64,000 nucleotides of DNA from Bacillota bacterium (GCA_050952625.1 JBMNLH010000001.1:1056001-1120000), one strand, 5' to 3'. Counted from the first letter of the stretch, positions 38,796 to 48,467 are shown. A program made the numbers and translations. The notes: a model not told the origin generated them from the sequence alone.

Positions 38796-39067
38796 TAATT
38801 AGTATATAAATTGAAACATATTCATATTTCTTATTTATCTTTGTGGTTATATGCCGGATAAATTAACCTGTAGAAACAAAGATCCTACAGCTTGTTCTAG
38901 TGGAAAAAGCTGAGGCTTAGTAAGTATCTTTAAAAACAACACTTTGCCTAGTTTTCAGATAATTCGTTGTGTTATAATAAAATGGATTTTTGCATCATAC
39001 CTTACTTGTGGTTCTAAATGTTTTTTTCATTGGTTTTTTATCCGGTTAAGAGGCAGGGAGGAGAATA

Positions 39068-40369
39068 GTGTTGTCCAGTGAAGCGGTTAAGATTGGTCTT
39101 ATGGGTTGCGGTACTGTCGGGTCAGGGGTAATTAAAGTAATTTTAGAGAATGGGGAGCATATTGCGCAGCGATTGGGCCGGCCTTTGGTAATTAAGCGGG
39201 TATTAGAGTTGGATCCCACTAAAGTGATAGCTTTAGGTTTGGCGGAAAGCGTGGTTACCAATGATTTTAAGGATATCCAGACTGACCCGGAAATTGACAT
39301 AGTGGTTGAATTAATGGGCGGCATTGAACCGGCTCGGACCTTTGTTCTGGAGGCTTTGCGTGCTGGAAAAAATGTGGTTACAGCGAATAAGGACCTGATT
39401 GCTCTCCATGGACGCGAAATACTAGAGACAGCGCAGGCAATGGGTCGCGATTTCTATTTTGAGGCCAGTGTCGGTGGCGGGATTCCGATAATTATACCTC
39501 TGAAACAGAGTTTGGCGGCTAATCAAATTCAGGTTGTGATGGGTATTGTTAATGGCACAACTAACTATATTTTGACCAAAATGGCCCGTGAGGGACGAGC
39601 TTACACAGAAGTGCTGCAGGAAGCCAAATCTTTAGGGTATGCGGAATCTGACCCAACTTCTGATGTCGAGGGTTATGATGCGGCGCGGAAAATCGCGATT
39701 TTGGCTTCAATTGCCTTTGGCACTCGGGTTACTTTTCCAGATGTGTATGTTGAAGGAATTACCCGTATTTCGACATTGGACCTCGAATACGGCAAAGAAC
39801 TGGGTTACGCCTTGAAGCTGTTGGCGATTGCTAAGGAAGAGGCTGGCGAAATTGATGTCCGCGTCCATCCAGCTTTTATCCCGGTTAACCATCCTTTGGC
39901 TTCAGTTAATGATGTATTTAATGCCATCTTTATTCGGGGAGATTTTGTTGGTGATGTGATGCACTATGGCCGGGGAGCTGGACAGCGACCAACGGCCAGT
40001 GCCGTGGTTGGTGACATCATGGAGGTGGCTCGCAACGTGCAAAGTGGCAGTAGCGGGCGAATCTCCTGTACCTGTTTTGAACAGAAGCGGATTAAACCGA
40101 TAAGCGAGATTGAGAGTCGTTACTATATCCGGTTGATGCTCAAGGATAGACCAGGGGTTTTGGCCAGTATTGCCGGAGTTTTTGGCAATCAAGAGGTTAG
40201 TCTGGCTTCGGTTATTCAAAAACGAACCGAGGGAGATTTGGCAGAACTGGTATTTGTAACGCATCGAGTTAAGGAAGGCAGTTTACAGGATGCCCTGAAA
40301 ATAATCGGGGGGATGTCGATCGTTGGGGCTATCAACAACGTCATTCGGGTTGAGGGAGAAGCAGAATAG
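39068..40369 (+). CDS. hom: Homoserine dehydrogenase with ACT domain
   Basis: GCGTVG, VTANK, EASVGGGIP, NGTTNYIL and DRPGVLA motifs. Confidence 0.97.
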   Translation: MLSSEAVKIGLMGCGTVGSGVIKVILENGEHIAQRLGRPLVIKRVLELDPTKVIALGLAESVVTNDFKDIQTDPEIDIVVELMGGIEPARTFVLEALRAGKNVVTANKDLIALHGREILETAQAMGRDFYFEASVGGGIPIIIPLKQSLAANQIQVVMGIVNGTTNYILTKMAREGRAYTEVLQEAKSLGYAESDPTSDVEGYDAARKIAILASIAFGTRVTFPDVYVEGITRISTLDLEYGKELGYALKLLAIAKEEAGEIDVRVHPAFIPVNHPLASVNDVFNAIFIRGDFVGDVMHYGRGAGQRPTASAVVGDIMEVARNVQSGSSGRISCTCFEQKRIKPISEIESRYYIRLMLKDRPGVLASIAGVFGNQEVSLASVIQKRTEGDLAELVFVTHRVKEGSLQDALKIIGGMSIVGAINNVIRVEGEAE

Positions 40370-40383
40370 ACTTAAGAAACGAG

Positions 40384-41370
40384 GTGGGGTCAGTGGTTTG
40401 CATTAAGGTACCGGCATCTAGTGCCAATTTAGGGCCGGGCTTTGATACCTTAGGAATGGCCCTATCTCTATTCAACTACATTGAGATGGTAGAGACTGGG
40501 TCAGCCGATGAACTTTTGATTGAGGTGGAAGGTGAGGGGGCCTCGTCGATTGCCCGCGATCAGAGCAATGTTACTTGGTTAGCGGCTCGGGAGGTATTTC
40601 AAATAGCCGGTCGCTATCCAGCCGGCCTGTTGCTACAGCTAAAGAATAAGATTCCTTCGGCTCGGGGATTGGGGAGCAGTGCTGCGGCTAGGGTAGGTGG
40701 TCTATTAGCGGCTAATTACTTGATCGGAGAACCCCTTAACCGGGAACAATTGCTGCAACTGGCCGTTCGCCTGGAGGGTCACCCTGATAATGTTGCACCA
40801 GCCTTGCTCGGTGGTCTGGTAGTCGCTTGCCAGTCGGATCAAGAATTAGTTTACCGTCAGTTGACGGTTCCAGAAAGGTTGACCGTGATCCTAGCTATCC
40901 CGGGTTTCGAATTGTCAACCCATGATGCAGTACAGGCTTTACCATCGAAAATCCCTCTGGAGGATGCAGTGTTTAATATTGGGCAGGCTTGTCTGTTTAT
41001 AACCGCAATCTTAACCCAAGATTGGTCATTAATCGGTCAGGCTATGGGTGATCGAATTCATCAGTCCTATCGACAGCGGCTCGTTCCTGGTTTGTCGGCC
41101 GTTATGGAAGCTGCCCGGGCCGCGGGTGCCTTAGGGGCTGCTTTAAGTGGGGCGGGCCCAACCGTTTTAGCCTTAGCCCTTGATGATCAGGATCAGACTA
41201 ATGCTAACAATGCTAAACCAGAAGGAGTTAAAACAGTAAACAGAAGCCAGCAAATTGGGAAGACGATGCAAGCTGCTTTTTGGCAGCATGGGGTAGACTC
41301 AATCATTCGGATTTTAAAACCATGGAGTCAGGGAGCTGAACTAATCGCTTGCAGCAATATTAAGTCTTGA
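40384..41370 (+). CDS. thrB: Homoserine kinase
   Basis: PASSANLGPGFD, ARGLGSSAA, EGHPDN and SGAGPT motifs. Confidence 0.96.
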   Translation: MGSVVCIKVPASSANLGPGFDTLGMALSLFNYIEMVETGSADELLIEVEGEGASSIARDQSNVTWLAAREVFQIAGRYPAGLLLQLKNKIPSARGLGSSAAARVGGLLAANYLIGEPLNREQLLQLAVRLEGHPDNVAPALLGGLVVACQSDQELVYRQLTVPERLTVILAIPGFELSTHDAVQALPSKIPLEDAVFNIGQACLFITAILTQDWSLIGQAMGDRIHQSYRQRLVPGLSAVMEAARAAGALGAALSGAGPTVLALALDDQDQTNANNAKPEGVKTVNRSQQIGKTMQAAFWQHGVDSIIRILKPWSQGAELIACSNIKS

Positions 41371-41448
41371 ATCAATTAAATAACAGATTAGCCTCATCAT
41401 TTTTATTCAGTAAACATTACTAAGAATCAATATTTAGGGGGGGTCTTT

Positions 41449-42666
41449 CTGGCACTAGTAGTACAAAAATATGGGGGTAGCTCAGTCGCCAACCCAGAAC
41501 GGATTAAACGAGTAGCCAAACGGATTACTGAATGTCGTCAGGCAGGAAATGACGTAGTTGTTGTCGTTTCAGCTATGGGCGATACAACTGATGATCTTTT
41601 AGATTTAGCCAGACAGATTACCAGTCGTCCACCAGAGCGGGAGTTAGACATGCTTTTAGCAACCGGGGAACAGGTATCTAGTTCACTATTAGCGATGGCG
41701 GTAGATGCTCTCGGCTATCCGGTTATTTCTTTAACTGGAACTCAGGTTGGGATCACGACCGATGATGTACACACCAAGGCTAAGATATTAGATATTAGTG
41801 CAAACCGTTTAAGAGAAGAGCTGATCCATAATAGGATTGTGATTGTGGCCGGTTTTCAAGGCTGTAACTCGAACAATGATATTACTACCCTTGGACGGGG
41901 TGGATCAGACACCACGGCCGTTGCTATTGCTGCGGCTCTTAAAGCGGATGTATGTGAGATTTACACTGACGTTGATGGGGTTTACACGGCTGATCCACGG
42001 ATCGTGCCGGACGCCAGAAAGTTATCAGTCATCAGTCATGACGAAATGTTAGAGTTAGCCAGCCTGGGGGCTCTGGTCCTGCAGCCGCGTTCGGTTGAGG
42101 TGGCTAAACAGCATGGGGTTACAGTTCATGTTCGTTCGAGTTTTAATTACAATGAAGGCACTCTGGTTCGGGAGGTAGCAAAGATGGAGAAGGAAATTGT
42201 CGTTAGTGGGGTAGCCAGTGATCTTAAAGTGGCTAAAATAAGTCTTTTAGATGTCCCTGATCGGCCCGGTGTAGCTTCCCATTTATTTAAAGCCCTAGCC
42301 AATGAACGGATCAATGTCGATATGATTATTCAAAGTACAATGCGCAGCGAGCGGAATAATATTTCCTTCACTATTTGTCGGGATGATCTGGATAAAGCTT
42401 TATTAATTGTCGAAAAGGTCCGCGATGAGATTGGGGCCGGGGGGATTGCTTTTGGAAAAGAAGTGGCTAAGGTTTCGATCGTTGGTGCCGGCATGATCAC
42501 TAATCCCGGGGTCGCAGCTACCATGTTTTCTGCCTTGGCTGCTGAAAATATTAATATTGAGATGATCAGCACCTCAGAGATTAAGGTTTCCTGCATTATC
42601 AAAGCTGACGAAGCACCGAAGGCGGTTCAGGCCTTGCATCGGGCTTTTGAACTGGGCCAAAAATAA
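41449..42666 (+). CDS. lysC: Aspartate kinase (CTG start)
   Basis: Open frame from CTG 41449 reads (M)ALVVQKYGGSSVA; GRGGSDTTA, DVDGVYTADPR and two ACT domains. Confidence 0.93.
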   Translation: MALVVQKYGGSSVANPERIKRVAKRITECRQAGNDVVVVVSAMGDTTDDLLDLARQITSRPPERELDMLLATGEQVSSSLLAMAVDALGYPVISLTGTQVGITTDDVHTKAKILDISANRLREELIHNRIVIVAGFQGCNSNNDITTLGRGGSDTTAVAIAAALKADVCEIYTDVDGVYTADPRIVPDARKLSVISHDEMLELASLGALVLQPRSVEVAKQHGVTVHVRSSFNYNEGTLVREVAKMEKEIVVSGVASDLKVAKISLLDVPDRPGVASHLFKALANERINVDMIIQSTMRSERNNISFTICRDDLDKALLIVEKVRDEIGAGGIAFGKEVAKVSIVGAGMITNPGVAATMFSALAAENINIEMISTSEIKVSCIIKADEAPKAVQALHRAFELGQK

Positions 42667-42740
42667 CAATTAAGGCCGATCGTCAGCTACGTAAACGAGA
42701 AAGGACAGTTTTGATTTATCCTCAGCCCTATGACCGCCAA

Positions 42741-42840
42741 CAAAAGACCCCAACTGCTATTAAGTTGGGGTCTTTTGCTTGAGATTTATTGTAGAGACTC
42801 CGTCTGAAGCCTTGATGTTCGGTGAAGCTGAATGGGTTCC
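42741..42840 (+). repeat. Repeat family A, copy 4; first hairpin is a perfect bidirectional terminator-like stem
   Basis: caaaagaccccaact-gctatta-agttggggtcttttg, then gtagagactccgtctgaagccttgatgttcggtgaagctgaatgggttcc. Confidence 0.85.
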
Positions 42841-42841
42841 T

Positions 42842-43339
42842 TTATGGTCTGGGTTGTGGCTGTTCACCTAGGGAGGGTCGTCGGGGTCGCCCGGTCCGTC
42901 CCCGGTAGCTGTGCGAATGATCAGCGTCAACCGAGGTTAATCCATTGTATCTATGAACGTGATTAGCGGCTGGTCCGATTGCTCGCCCGGTCCAACCAGC
43001 GTAACGGTGGCGGTGCCCACGATCATAGGAGGTTACTCCCATATAGCGATGGACATGACTGCCCAAAAAATTAACGGCAAAGCCGGTATTGCCTCCCATC
43101 TGGTGGTCGTGCCGTCGGACTACATCAGTCCGGTTCCGGTACTGGTGGTAATGCCGTCGAAAGCCCGGAGGGACTAGCGGATACTGCGAAACATTAGGAT
43201 CGTCTTGGGCCGGTAATTGGGCCCAATATTCTTCTAAATCATCATCTATCGGCCCGCTCACAATATCTTCATCTAAGCCATAGTCTATCGGCCCACCCAT
43301 AATATCTTCTTCAAGCAGAAGCTCCGGTTTATGATACAT
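42842..43339 (-). CDS. YmaF-like His-rich protein with acidic N-terminal repeats
   Basis: Six HxH motifs (HYH, HDH, HVH, HRH, HVH, HSH), each followed by a x-x-x-x-T stretch; RBS aaggagtga. Confidence 0.75.
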   Translation of the reverse strand: MYHKPELLLEEDIMGGPIDYGLDEDIVSGPIDDDLEEYWAQLPAQDDPNVSQYPLVPPGFRRHYHQYRNRTDVVRRHDHQMGGNTGFAVNFLGSHVHRYMGVTSYDRGHRHRYAGWTGRAIGPAANHVHRYNGLTSVDADHSHSYRGRTGRPRRPSLGEQPQPRP

Positions 43340-43373
43340 TTTTTATCACTCCTTTTTTCTGGAATTATTTATA

Positions 43374-43401
43374 TATTTTATGTCCGGCAATGTTAGTTGG
43401 T
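43374..43401 (-). promoter_or_regulatory. Sigma-K-like promoter
   Basis: Minus strand AC-17nt-CATAAAATA upstream of the YmaF-like gene. Confidence 0.55.
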
Positions 43402-43491
43402 TACAGCTGGCAGAACGGTTGAGCTTAAGGATATTTAGTTATAGTTTGGAAAATACTTTGCAACAAATCCCAAAAAATCCCTAAATAACCC

Positions 43492-43520
43492 TTGAATTCT
43501 TTTGAGTAGTTGGTTATATT
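43492..43520 (+). promoter_or_regulatory. Sigma-A promoter of the fapR-fab operon
   Basis: TTGAAT-17nt-TATATT. Confidence 0.6.
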
Positions 43521-43535
43521 AGTAGGTAGTACTAA
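43519..43535. promoter_or_regulatory. FapR operator
   Basis: 17-bp inverted repeat TTAGTA-GGTAG-TACTAA overlapping the -10 and start region, upstream of fapR. Confidence 0.85.
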
Positions 43536-43599
43536 AATAAGATAATGTGGACAATATAATTAATTGAGTGAGCTGTAATGTAGTTAGATAAGGAGAGGA

Positions 43600-44181
43600 A
43601 TGAACTTGGCCAGACCAGGGAAATTGCAGCGACACAAAAGATTATTAGAAGAACTAAGGGCCAATCCTTTTTTAACTGATGAAGAACTGGCTAAGTGCCT
43701 GGGGGTCAGCATTCAAACTATTCGTCTGGATCGGATGGAGCTAGATATTGCCGAGTTGCGAGAGCGGATGAAAACTCTAGCGTCAAGTTTATTGCACGGG
43801 GAGCAGTTTATTCAGGGTTACCGAGTGCTGGGTGAGCTTGTGGAAGCGGAACCGGGCAAGCACACCTATTCTTTATTAACCATTAGTCCTGAGATGGTAG
43901 TTTCTCGGACCGGGGTAGCTCGGCCTTACTTTATGGTCGCTCAGGCGCATACCGCTGCCTTGCAGATTTTTCCTGAACCGGATGAAGTTTTTACCTCCTC
44001 GGCCAACGTTAAATTTTCGCGGCCCGTCCGGGTAGGGGAAAAGTTGCTGGCTAGTGCTGAATTAGTTGAGTCTAAGGAAAACCGACATCGGATCAAAGTG
44101 ATTACTCGGGTTGGTCAAGAAATAGTATTTCGGGCCACGTTTCATATCTATATGAATCCGACACAGGAGAATAAGGCATGA
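43600..44181 (+). CDS. fapR: Transcription factor FapR (divergent effector domain)
   Basis: NPFLTDEELA..GVSIQTIRLDR.EL.I.ELRER HTH plus hot-dog-fold C-terminus. Confidence 0.9.
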   Translation: MNLARPGKLQRHKRLLEELRANPFLTDEELAKCLGVSIQTIRLDRMELDIAELRERMKTLASSLLHGEQFIQGYRVLGELVEAEPGKHTYSLLTISPEMVVSRTGVARPYFMVAQAHTAALQIFPEPDEVFTSSANVKFSRPVRVGEKLLASAELVESKENRHRIKVITRVGQEIVFRATFHIYMNPTQENKA

Positions 44182-45167
44182 GTGTATTACAAAGAGCAGC
44201 AATTATCGGAACCGGGATCTGTCTACCAACCCGTATCCTCAGTAATCAGGACCTGGAACAGATGGTGGAGACAAATGACGAGTGGATCACCGAACGAACC
44301 GGAATCAAGGAACGACGAATTGCGGCCGCTGAAGAGGCAACTGTGGATTTAGCCGAGCGGGCCGCTCGACAGGCCTTGGAACGGGCCGGGGTAAGGGCTG
44401 AGGATCTGGATTTAATTATCCTGGCCACAGCTACCCCCGACCGTTTTGTCCCGCCAGCGGCTTGCCTGGTGCAGCATCGCTTAGGGGCCAAGAACGCTTT
44501 TGCTTTTGATCTAAATGCTGCCTGCTCCGGTTTTCTGTATGGTCTGGCTGTTGGTAGTCAGTTTATCAATTCTCGGAGCAGCCGCTATATTCTGGTGATT
44601 GGGGCGGAAACTCTCTCCCGGATTATCGACTGGTCCGATCGCAATACCTGTATTTTATTCGGTGATGGTGCTGGAGCAGCGGTCTTAGGTCCGGCCAAGG
44701 AAAAGGAAGGTTTGCTTTCTTTTTACATGAGATCTGACGGCAGTGGGGAGGATTTACTTCAAGTACCGGCTGGGGGATCAAGGCTGCCGGCCTCTCACCA
44801 GACTGTTGCTGAAGGGTTGCATTTTATTCAAATGAAAGGTAATGAAATTTTTAAACTGGCGGTTAGGGCCATGGTTAGTTCAGCCGACCAAGCGTTAGCT
44901 GAAGCCGGTTTAACGCGGGCCGATGTTGACTGGGTGGTACCGCATCAAGCCAACTTGAGGATTATTTGGGCTATGACCCAGCGGCTTGGCGTAGACCGCT
45001 CTAAGGTCGTGATTACCTTGGATCACCATGGCAACACCTCGGCAGCCTCAATTCCTTTGGCCCTAGCTGAGGGAATAGAGCGAGGAGATCTCCAAAAAGA
45101 TCAGATAATTCTCCTAACCGGTTTTGGTGCTGGTTTAACCTGGGGGAGTGCCGTCTTAAGGCTCTAG
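44178..45167 (+). CDS. fabH: 3-oxoacyl-ACP synthase III
   Basis: AACSGF, FGDGAGA, PHQAN and GNTSAAS motifs. Confidence 0.96.
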   Translation: MSVLQRAAIIGTGICLPTRILSNQDLEQMVETNDEWITERTGIKERRIAAAEEATVDLAERAARQALERAGVRAEDLDLIILATATPDRFVPPAACLVQHRLGAKNAFAFDLNAACSGFLYGLAVGSQFINSRSSRYILVIGAETLSRIIDWSDRNTCILFGDGAGAAVLGPAKEKEGLLSFYMRSDGSGEDLLQVPAGGSRLPASHQTVAEGLHFIQMKGNEIFKLAVRAMVSSADQALAEAGLTRADVDWVVPHQANLRIIWAMTQRLGVDRSKVVITLDHHGNTSAASIPLALAEGIERGDLQKDQIILLTGFGAGLTWGSAVLRL

Positions 45168-45274
45168 TTTAAGTAAACCTGTCCCCCTGTCCCAAGAAGA
45201 CTAAAAATGATGAAAGCAGGTGTTAATTACTGACTGGAGATCAAGCAAGCAAGTTAGTTGGGAGGGATAGACTT

Positions 45275-46219
45275 GTGCTTGGCAAGAGGCTATGCGATTT
45301 ACTTAATATTCGATATCCGGTATTTCAGGGCGGCATGGCCTGGATTTCAACAGCGGAACTAGCGGCGGCCGTATCTGAAGGGGGCGGTCTTGGCATTATT
45401 GGGGCCGGTCATGCGGATGCCAAATGGGTTCGGGAACAGATTCAGAAAGTAAAAACTTTGACAACCCAGCCCTATGGCGTTAATGTCATGCTTCTATCCG
45501 TACACGTTGATGAGATTATGCAGGTTGTTTTGGAAGAAAGAGTACCTTTAATCACGACCGGGGCCGGCAATCCCGGTAAATATATAGAGGCCTTAAAAAC
45601 CAGAGGGACTCGGGTTTTTCCAGTGGTATCTTCAGTAGCCTTGGCTCGCCGTCTTGAACGCTTGGGAGTAGATGGGCTGATCGCCGAAGGGATGGAATCC
45701 GGCGGGCATATTGGTGAAACTACGACCATGGCTCTGGTACCGCAAGTAGTTGATGCGGTAGATATTCCGGTGGTAGCCGCCGGAGGGATTGCGGATGGAC
45801 GGGGCATAGTGGCCGCTATGGCTTTAGGAGCCAGCGGTGTCCAAATCGGCACCCGATTTATAACTGCTGTGGAATGTCCAGCGCATATGGCTTATAAAGA
45901 AGCAGTTATCAAGGCCGGCGACCGGGATACAGTGGTGACTGGTCAATCAACCGGCCACCCGGTCCGAATTCTTCGAAATCGATTTGCCAGGCAATTACAA
46001 GAGTTGGAGAAAGCGGGTATCTCCAAAGAAGAACTGGAAAAGTTTGGACAGGGAAAATACCCGGCTGCTGCTATTCATGGAGATGTTGAAGGTGGTTCAC
46101 CGATGGCCGGCCAGGTCGCGGGATTAGTTCGGCAGATAGAGCCGGCGGCGGTTATTCTGGAATCAATAATGAAAGAGGCGGTGCAGGTCATGGAAGGACT
46201 AGGGAGGCAACTAGCGTGA
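45275..46219 (+). CDS. fabK: Enoyl-ACP reductase II
   Basis: QGGMAW, EGMESGGHIG, AAGGIADGRG and MAGQVAG motifs. Confidence 0.93.
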   Translation: MLGKRLCDLLNIRYPVFQGGMAWISTAELAAAVSEGGGLGIIGAGHADAKWVREQIQKVKTLTTQPYGVNVMLLSVHVDEIMQVVLEERVPLITTGAGNPGKYIEALKTRGTRVFPVVSSVALARRLERLGVDGLIAEGMESGGHIGETTTMALVPQVVDAVDIPVVAAGGIADGRGIVAAMALGASGVQIGTRFITAVECPAHMAYKEAVIKAGDRDTVVTGQSTGHPVRILRNRFARQLQELEKAGISKEELEKFGQGKYPAAAIHGDVEGGSPMAGQVAGLVRQIEPAAVILESIMKEAVQVMEGLGRQLA

Positions 46220-47172
46220 AAATAGGCTTTATTTTTCCCGGCCAGGGGTCACAGTATATCGGAATGGGGTGTGAGCTGGCCCAAAACTATCCGGTGGCGG
46301 CTGAGGTGTTTGCTCAAGCGGATCAAGAATTAGGTTTTCCTCTATCCCGGCTTTGTTTTGAGGGGCCAGCCGAAGAACTGGTGCAGAACGATATTGTTCA
46401 GCCGGCAATTCTGGTCACAAGTCTGGCAGTGCGGGCGGTCCTGAAAGAGGCCGGGGTCCATCCCGAGGTAGTGGCCGGGTTAAGCGTGGGCGAGTACACG
46501 GCCTTGGTTACCGCTGGTGCTTTAAGCTTTTCAGACGCCTTGCACCTGGTTCGGAAACGCGGCTTGATTATGCGAGAAGCCCTGCCGCCGGGGCAAGGAG
46601 CTATGCTGGCCTTGATTGGGGTCACTCGTGATCTAGTCAATAATCTTTGCCAGGAGGTGGCTCCACTAGGCGTGGTTGAACCCTGCAATTATAACTGCCC
46701 TGGTCAGATTGTGGTTGGGGGAACCCTGCCAGCGATCGCGGCCTTGGAGGAAATAGCAGTGAAACGAGGGGCCAGGAAAGCAGTTCGAGTTGCCATGAAT
46801 TCACCCTCTCACTGCAGTCTGCTGCAACCAGCGGCCCAGCGTTTTGTCCCTAGCTTGGTTGGGGTGACTTGGCAGGATGCTCGAATTCCGGTAGTGTCCA
46901 ATGTTGATGCTCGTCCTGAGCAGTCAGCTAAGATGCTTCGCCACAAGCTTGCTCAGCAGCTTTGCCAGGCGGTTTTATGGGAAGATGTTGTTTGGCAAAT
47001 GGAAAAAATGGGAGTTACCCACCTGATTGAAGTAGGACCGGGGCATACCTTGGCTGGTTTTGTCCGGAAAACTACTCGACTGATTAAGGTAAATAATGTA
47101 GAGGATGAAGTGACTTTCAAAGAGGTTTTAAACTGGTTAGATGACGCGAAAGGTGGTGAAAAAGCAAGTTAA
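46216..47172 (+). CDS. fabD: Malonyl-CoA:ACP transacylase
   Basis: FPGQGSQ, QPAI, GLSVGEY, NYNCPGQ and EVGPG motifs. Confidence 0.94.
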   Translation: MKIGFIFPGQGSQYIGMGCELAQNYPVAAEVFAQADQELGFPLSRLCFEGPAEELVQNDIVQPAILVTSLAVRAVLKEAGVHPEVVAGLSVGEYTALVTAGALSFSDALHLVRKRGLIMREALPPGQGAMLALIGVTRDLVNNLCQEVAPLGVVEPCNYNCPGQIVVGGTLPAIAALEEIAVKRGARKAVRVAMNSPSHCSLLQPAAQRFVPSLVGVTWQDARIPVVSNVDARPEQSAKMLRHKLAQQLCQAVLWEDVVWQMEKMGVTHLIEVGPGHTLAGFVRKTTRLIKVNNVEDEVTFKEVLNWLDDAKGGEKAS

Positions 47173-47933
47173 TGTTTGGATTTAATGAGACAATGCTAAC
47201 CGGACAGGTCGCGTTGGTCACTGGGGCGGCACGAGGGATTGGGCGAGCGATCGCAATGAGTCTGGCCGCTGCCGGGGCTAAGGTGGTGATTAATGATTTG
47301 GGTCAAGAGGCGGCTGCAGCCGAAGTAGTTGAGGCCATCACGCAAAAAGGCGGTGCAGCTATTGCCTTGATGGCAAATGTGGCAGACCGGGCTGAGTTTG
47401 ATCAAATGGTGAAAGAAATAATCGCCAAGTTTGGTCGGCTGGATATTTTAGTGAATAATGCGGGAATTTGTCGGGATGGACTCCTAGCTACCATGTCCGA
47501 AGAAGACTGGGATTTAGTTCTAGCGGTTAATTTAAAGGGTGCCTTTAATGGTTGTAAGGCAGTAATTCGGCCAATGATTAAAGCTAAAGGCGGCCGAATA
47601 ATAAGTATCAGTTCAGTCACGGGGATAGTCGGAAATGCCGGTCAAACGAATTATGCGGCTTCTAAAGCCGGTTTAATCGGTTTCTCCAAGTCGCTCGCCC
47701 GGGAAGTTGCTTCAAGGGGAATAACCGTGAACGTGGTGGCTCCCGGTCTGGTCGATACTCAGATCAAGGCCCATTTGACCGAGGAAGCCGAGGCTAAATT
47801 AATGGAGCAGATTCCGCTTAGACGTTTGGGTCAGCCGGAAGATATTGCTGCCATGGTCACCTTCCTGGCTTCACCAATGGCTAGTTATATTACCGGGCAA
47901 GTTTTTGCGGTCGATGGTGGTATGGCAATCTAA
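47172..47933 (+). CDS. fabG: 3-oxoacyl-ACP reductase
   Basis: TGAARGIG, NNAGI, GQTNYAASK and VDGGM motifs. Confidence 0.95.
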   Translation: MFGFNETMLTGQVALVTGAARGIGRAIAMSLAAAGAKVVINDLGQEAAAAEVVEAITQKGGAAIALMANVADRAEFDQMVKEIIAKFGRLDILVNNAGICRDGLLATMSEEDWDLVLAVNLKGAFNGCKAVIRPMIKAKGGRIISISSVTGIVGNAGQTNYAASKAGLIGFSKSLAREVASRGITVNVVAPGLVDTQIKAHLTEEAEAKLMEQIPLRRLGQPEDIAAMVTFLASPMASYITGQVFAVDGGMAI

Positions 47934-47964
47934 ATGTTGGATATTGGACGTTAGAAGTTGGATG
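47934..47964. repeat. Short heptamer tandem repeat
   Basis: atgttgg atattgg acgttag aagttgg atg. Confidence 0.55.
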
Positions 47965-48082
47965 CCGTGACCCTCATGTCACTCCGCGGCCTTATCAGAA
48001 CATTATAATTATGATTGCGTAGTGTTAACGAACGTCAGCGATTGACAGCGTGCATGCATCATAGAACAAAGACAGCTGTGGA

Positions 48083-48168
48083 TTAGCAGGCATTACTGTC
48101 TAAGTCAGTCCGAGCGAGTTTGAGCTTGTCCGGAACTGGCGAGGTTCATTCCTCGCTTAGTCTGCTGA
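48083..48168. repeat. Structured intergenic element, possibly a MITE or REP-like insert
   Basis: Outer stem ttagcaggc/gtctgctga encloses inner hairpin gcgagg/cctcgc; single copy in window. Confidence 0.4.
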
Positions 48169-48231
48169 CCGAGTTAAAACATAAGCATTAAATTACAAAA
48201 AAATAGAGAAAGAATTTGGAGGTAATAGACG

Positions 48232-48462
48232 ATGTTAGACAAGATAATAAAGATTATTTCTGAACAGCTTGATGTTGAGCCAGAAAAAGTTACCCCGGAA
48301 ACTCGGCTAATGGATGACCTAAAGGCGGATTCAATGGACCTGGTTGAAATGGTTATGGCCTTTGAAGAGGAATTTGGCATTTCTATTCCAGATGAGGATG
48401 CAGAAAAATTGGTTAAGGTCCAGGATGTTTTGACCTACCTGGAAACAAAACTTCAGGGATAA
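48232..48462 (+). CDS. acpP: Acyl carrier protein
   Basis: DLKADSMDLVEMVMAFEEEF with the pantetheinylated Ser. Confidence 0.96.
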   Translation: MLDKIIKIISEQLDVEPEKVTPETRLMDDLKADSMDLVEMVMAFEEEFGISIPDEDAEKLVKVQDVLTYLETKLQG

Positions 48463-48467
48463 GGGAA

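Noticed and set aside
38796-39067. T-box, SAM or lysine riboswitch upstream of hom
   Set aside because: AT-rich spacer with only an extended -10 (TGtTATAAT, 38970-38978); no riboswitch motif visible
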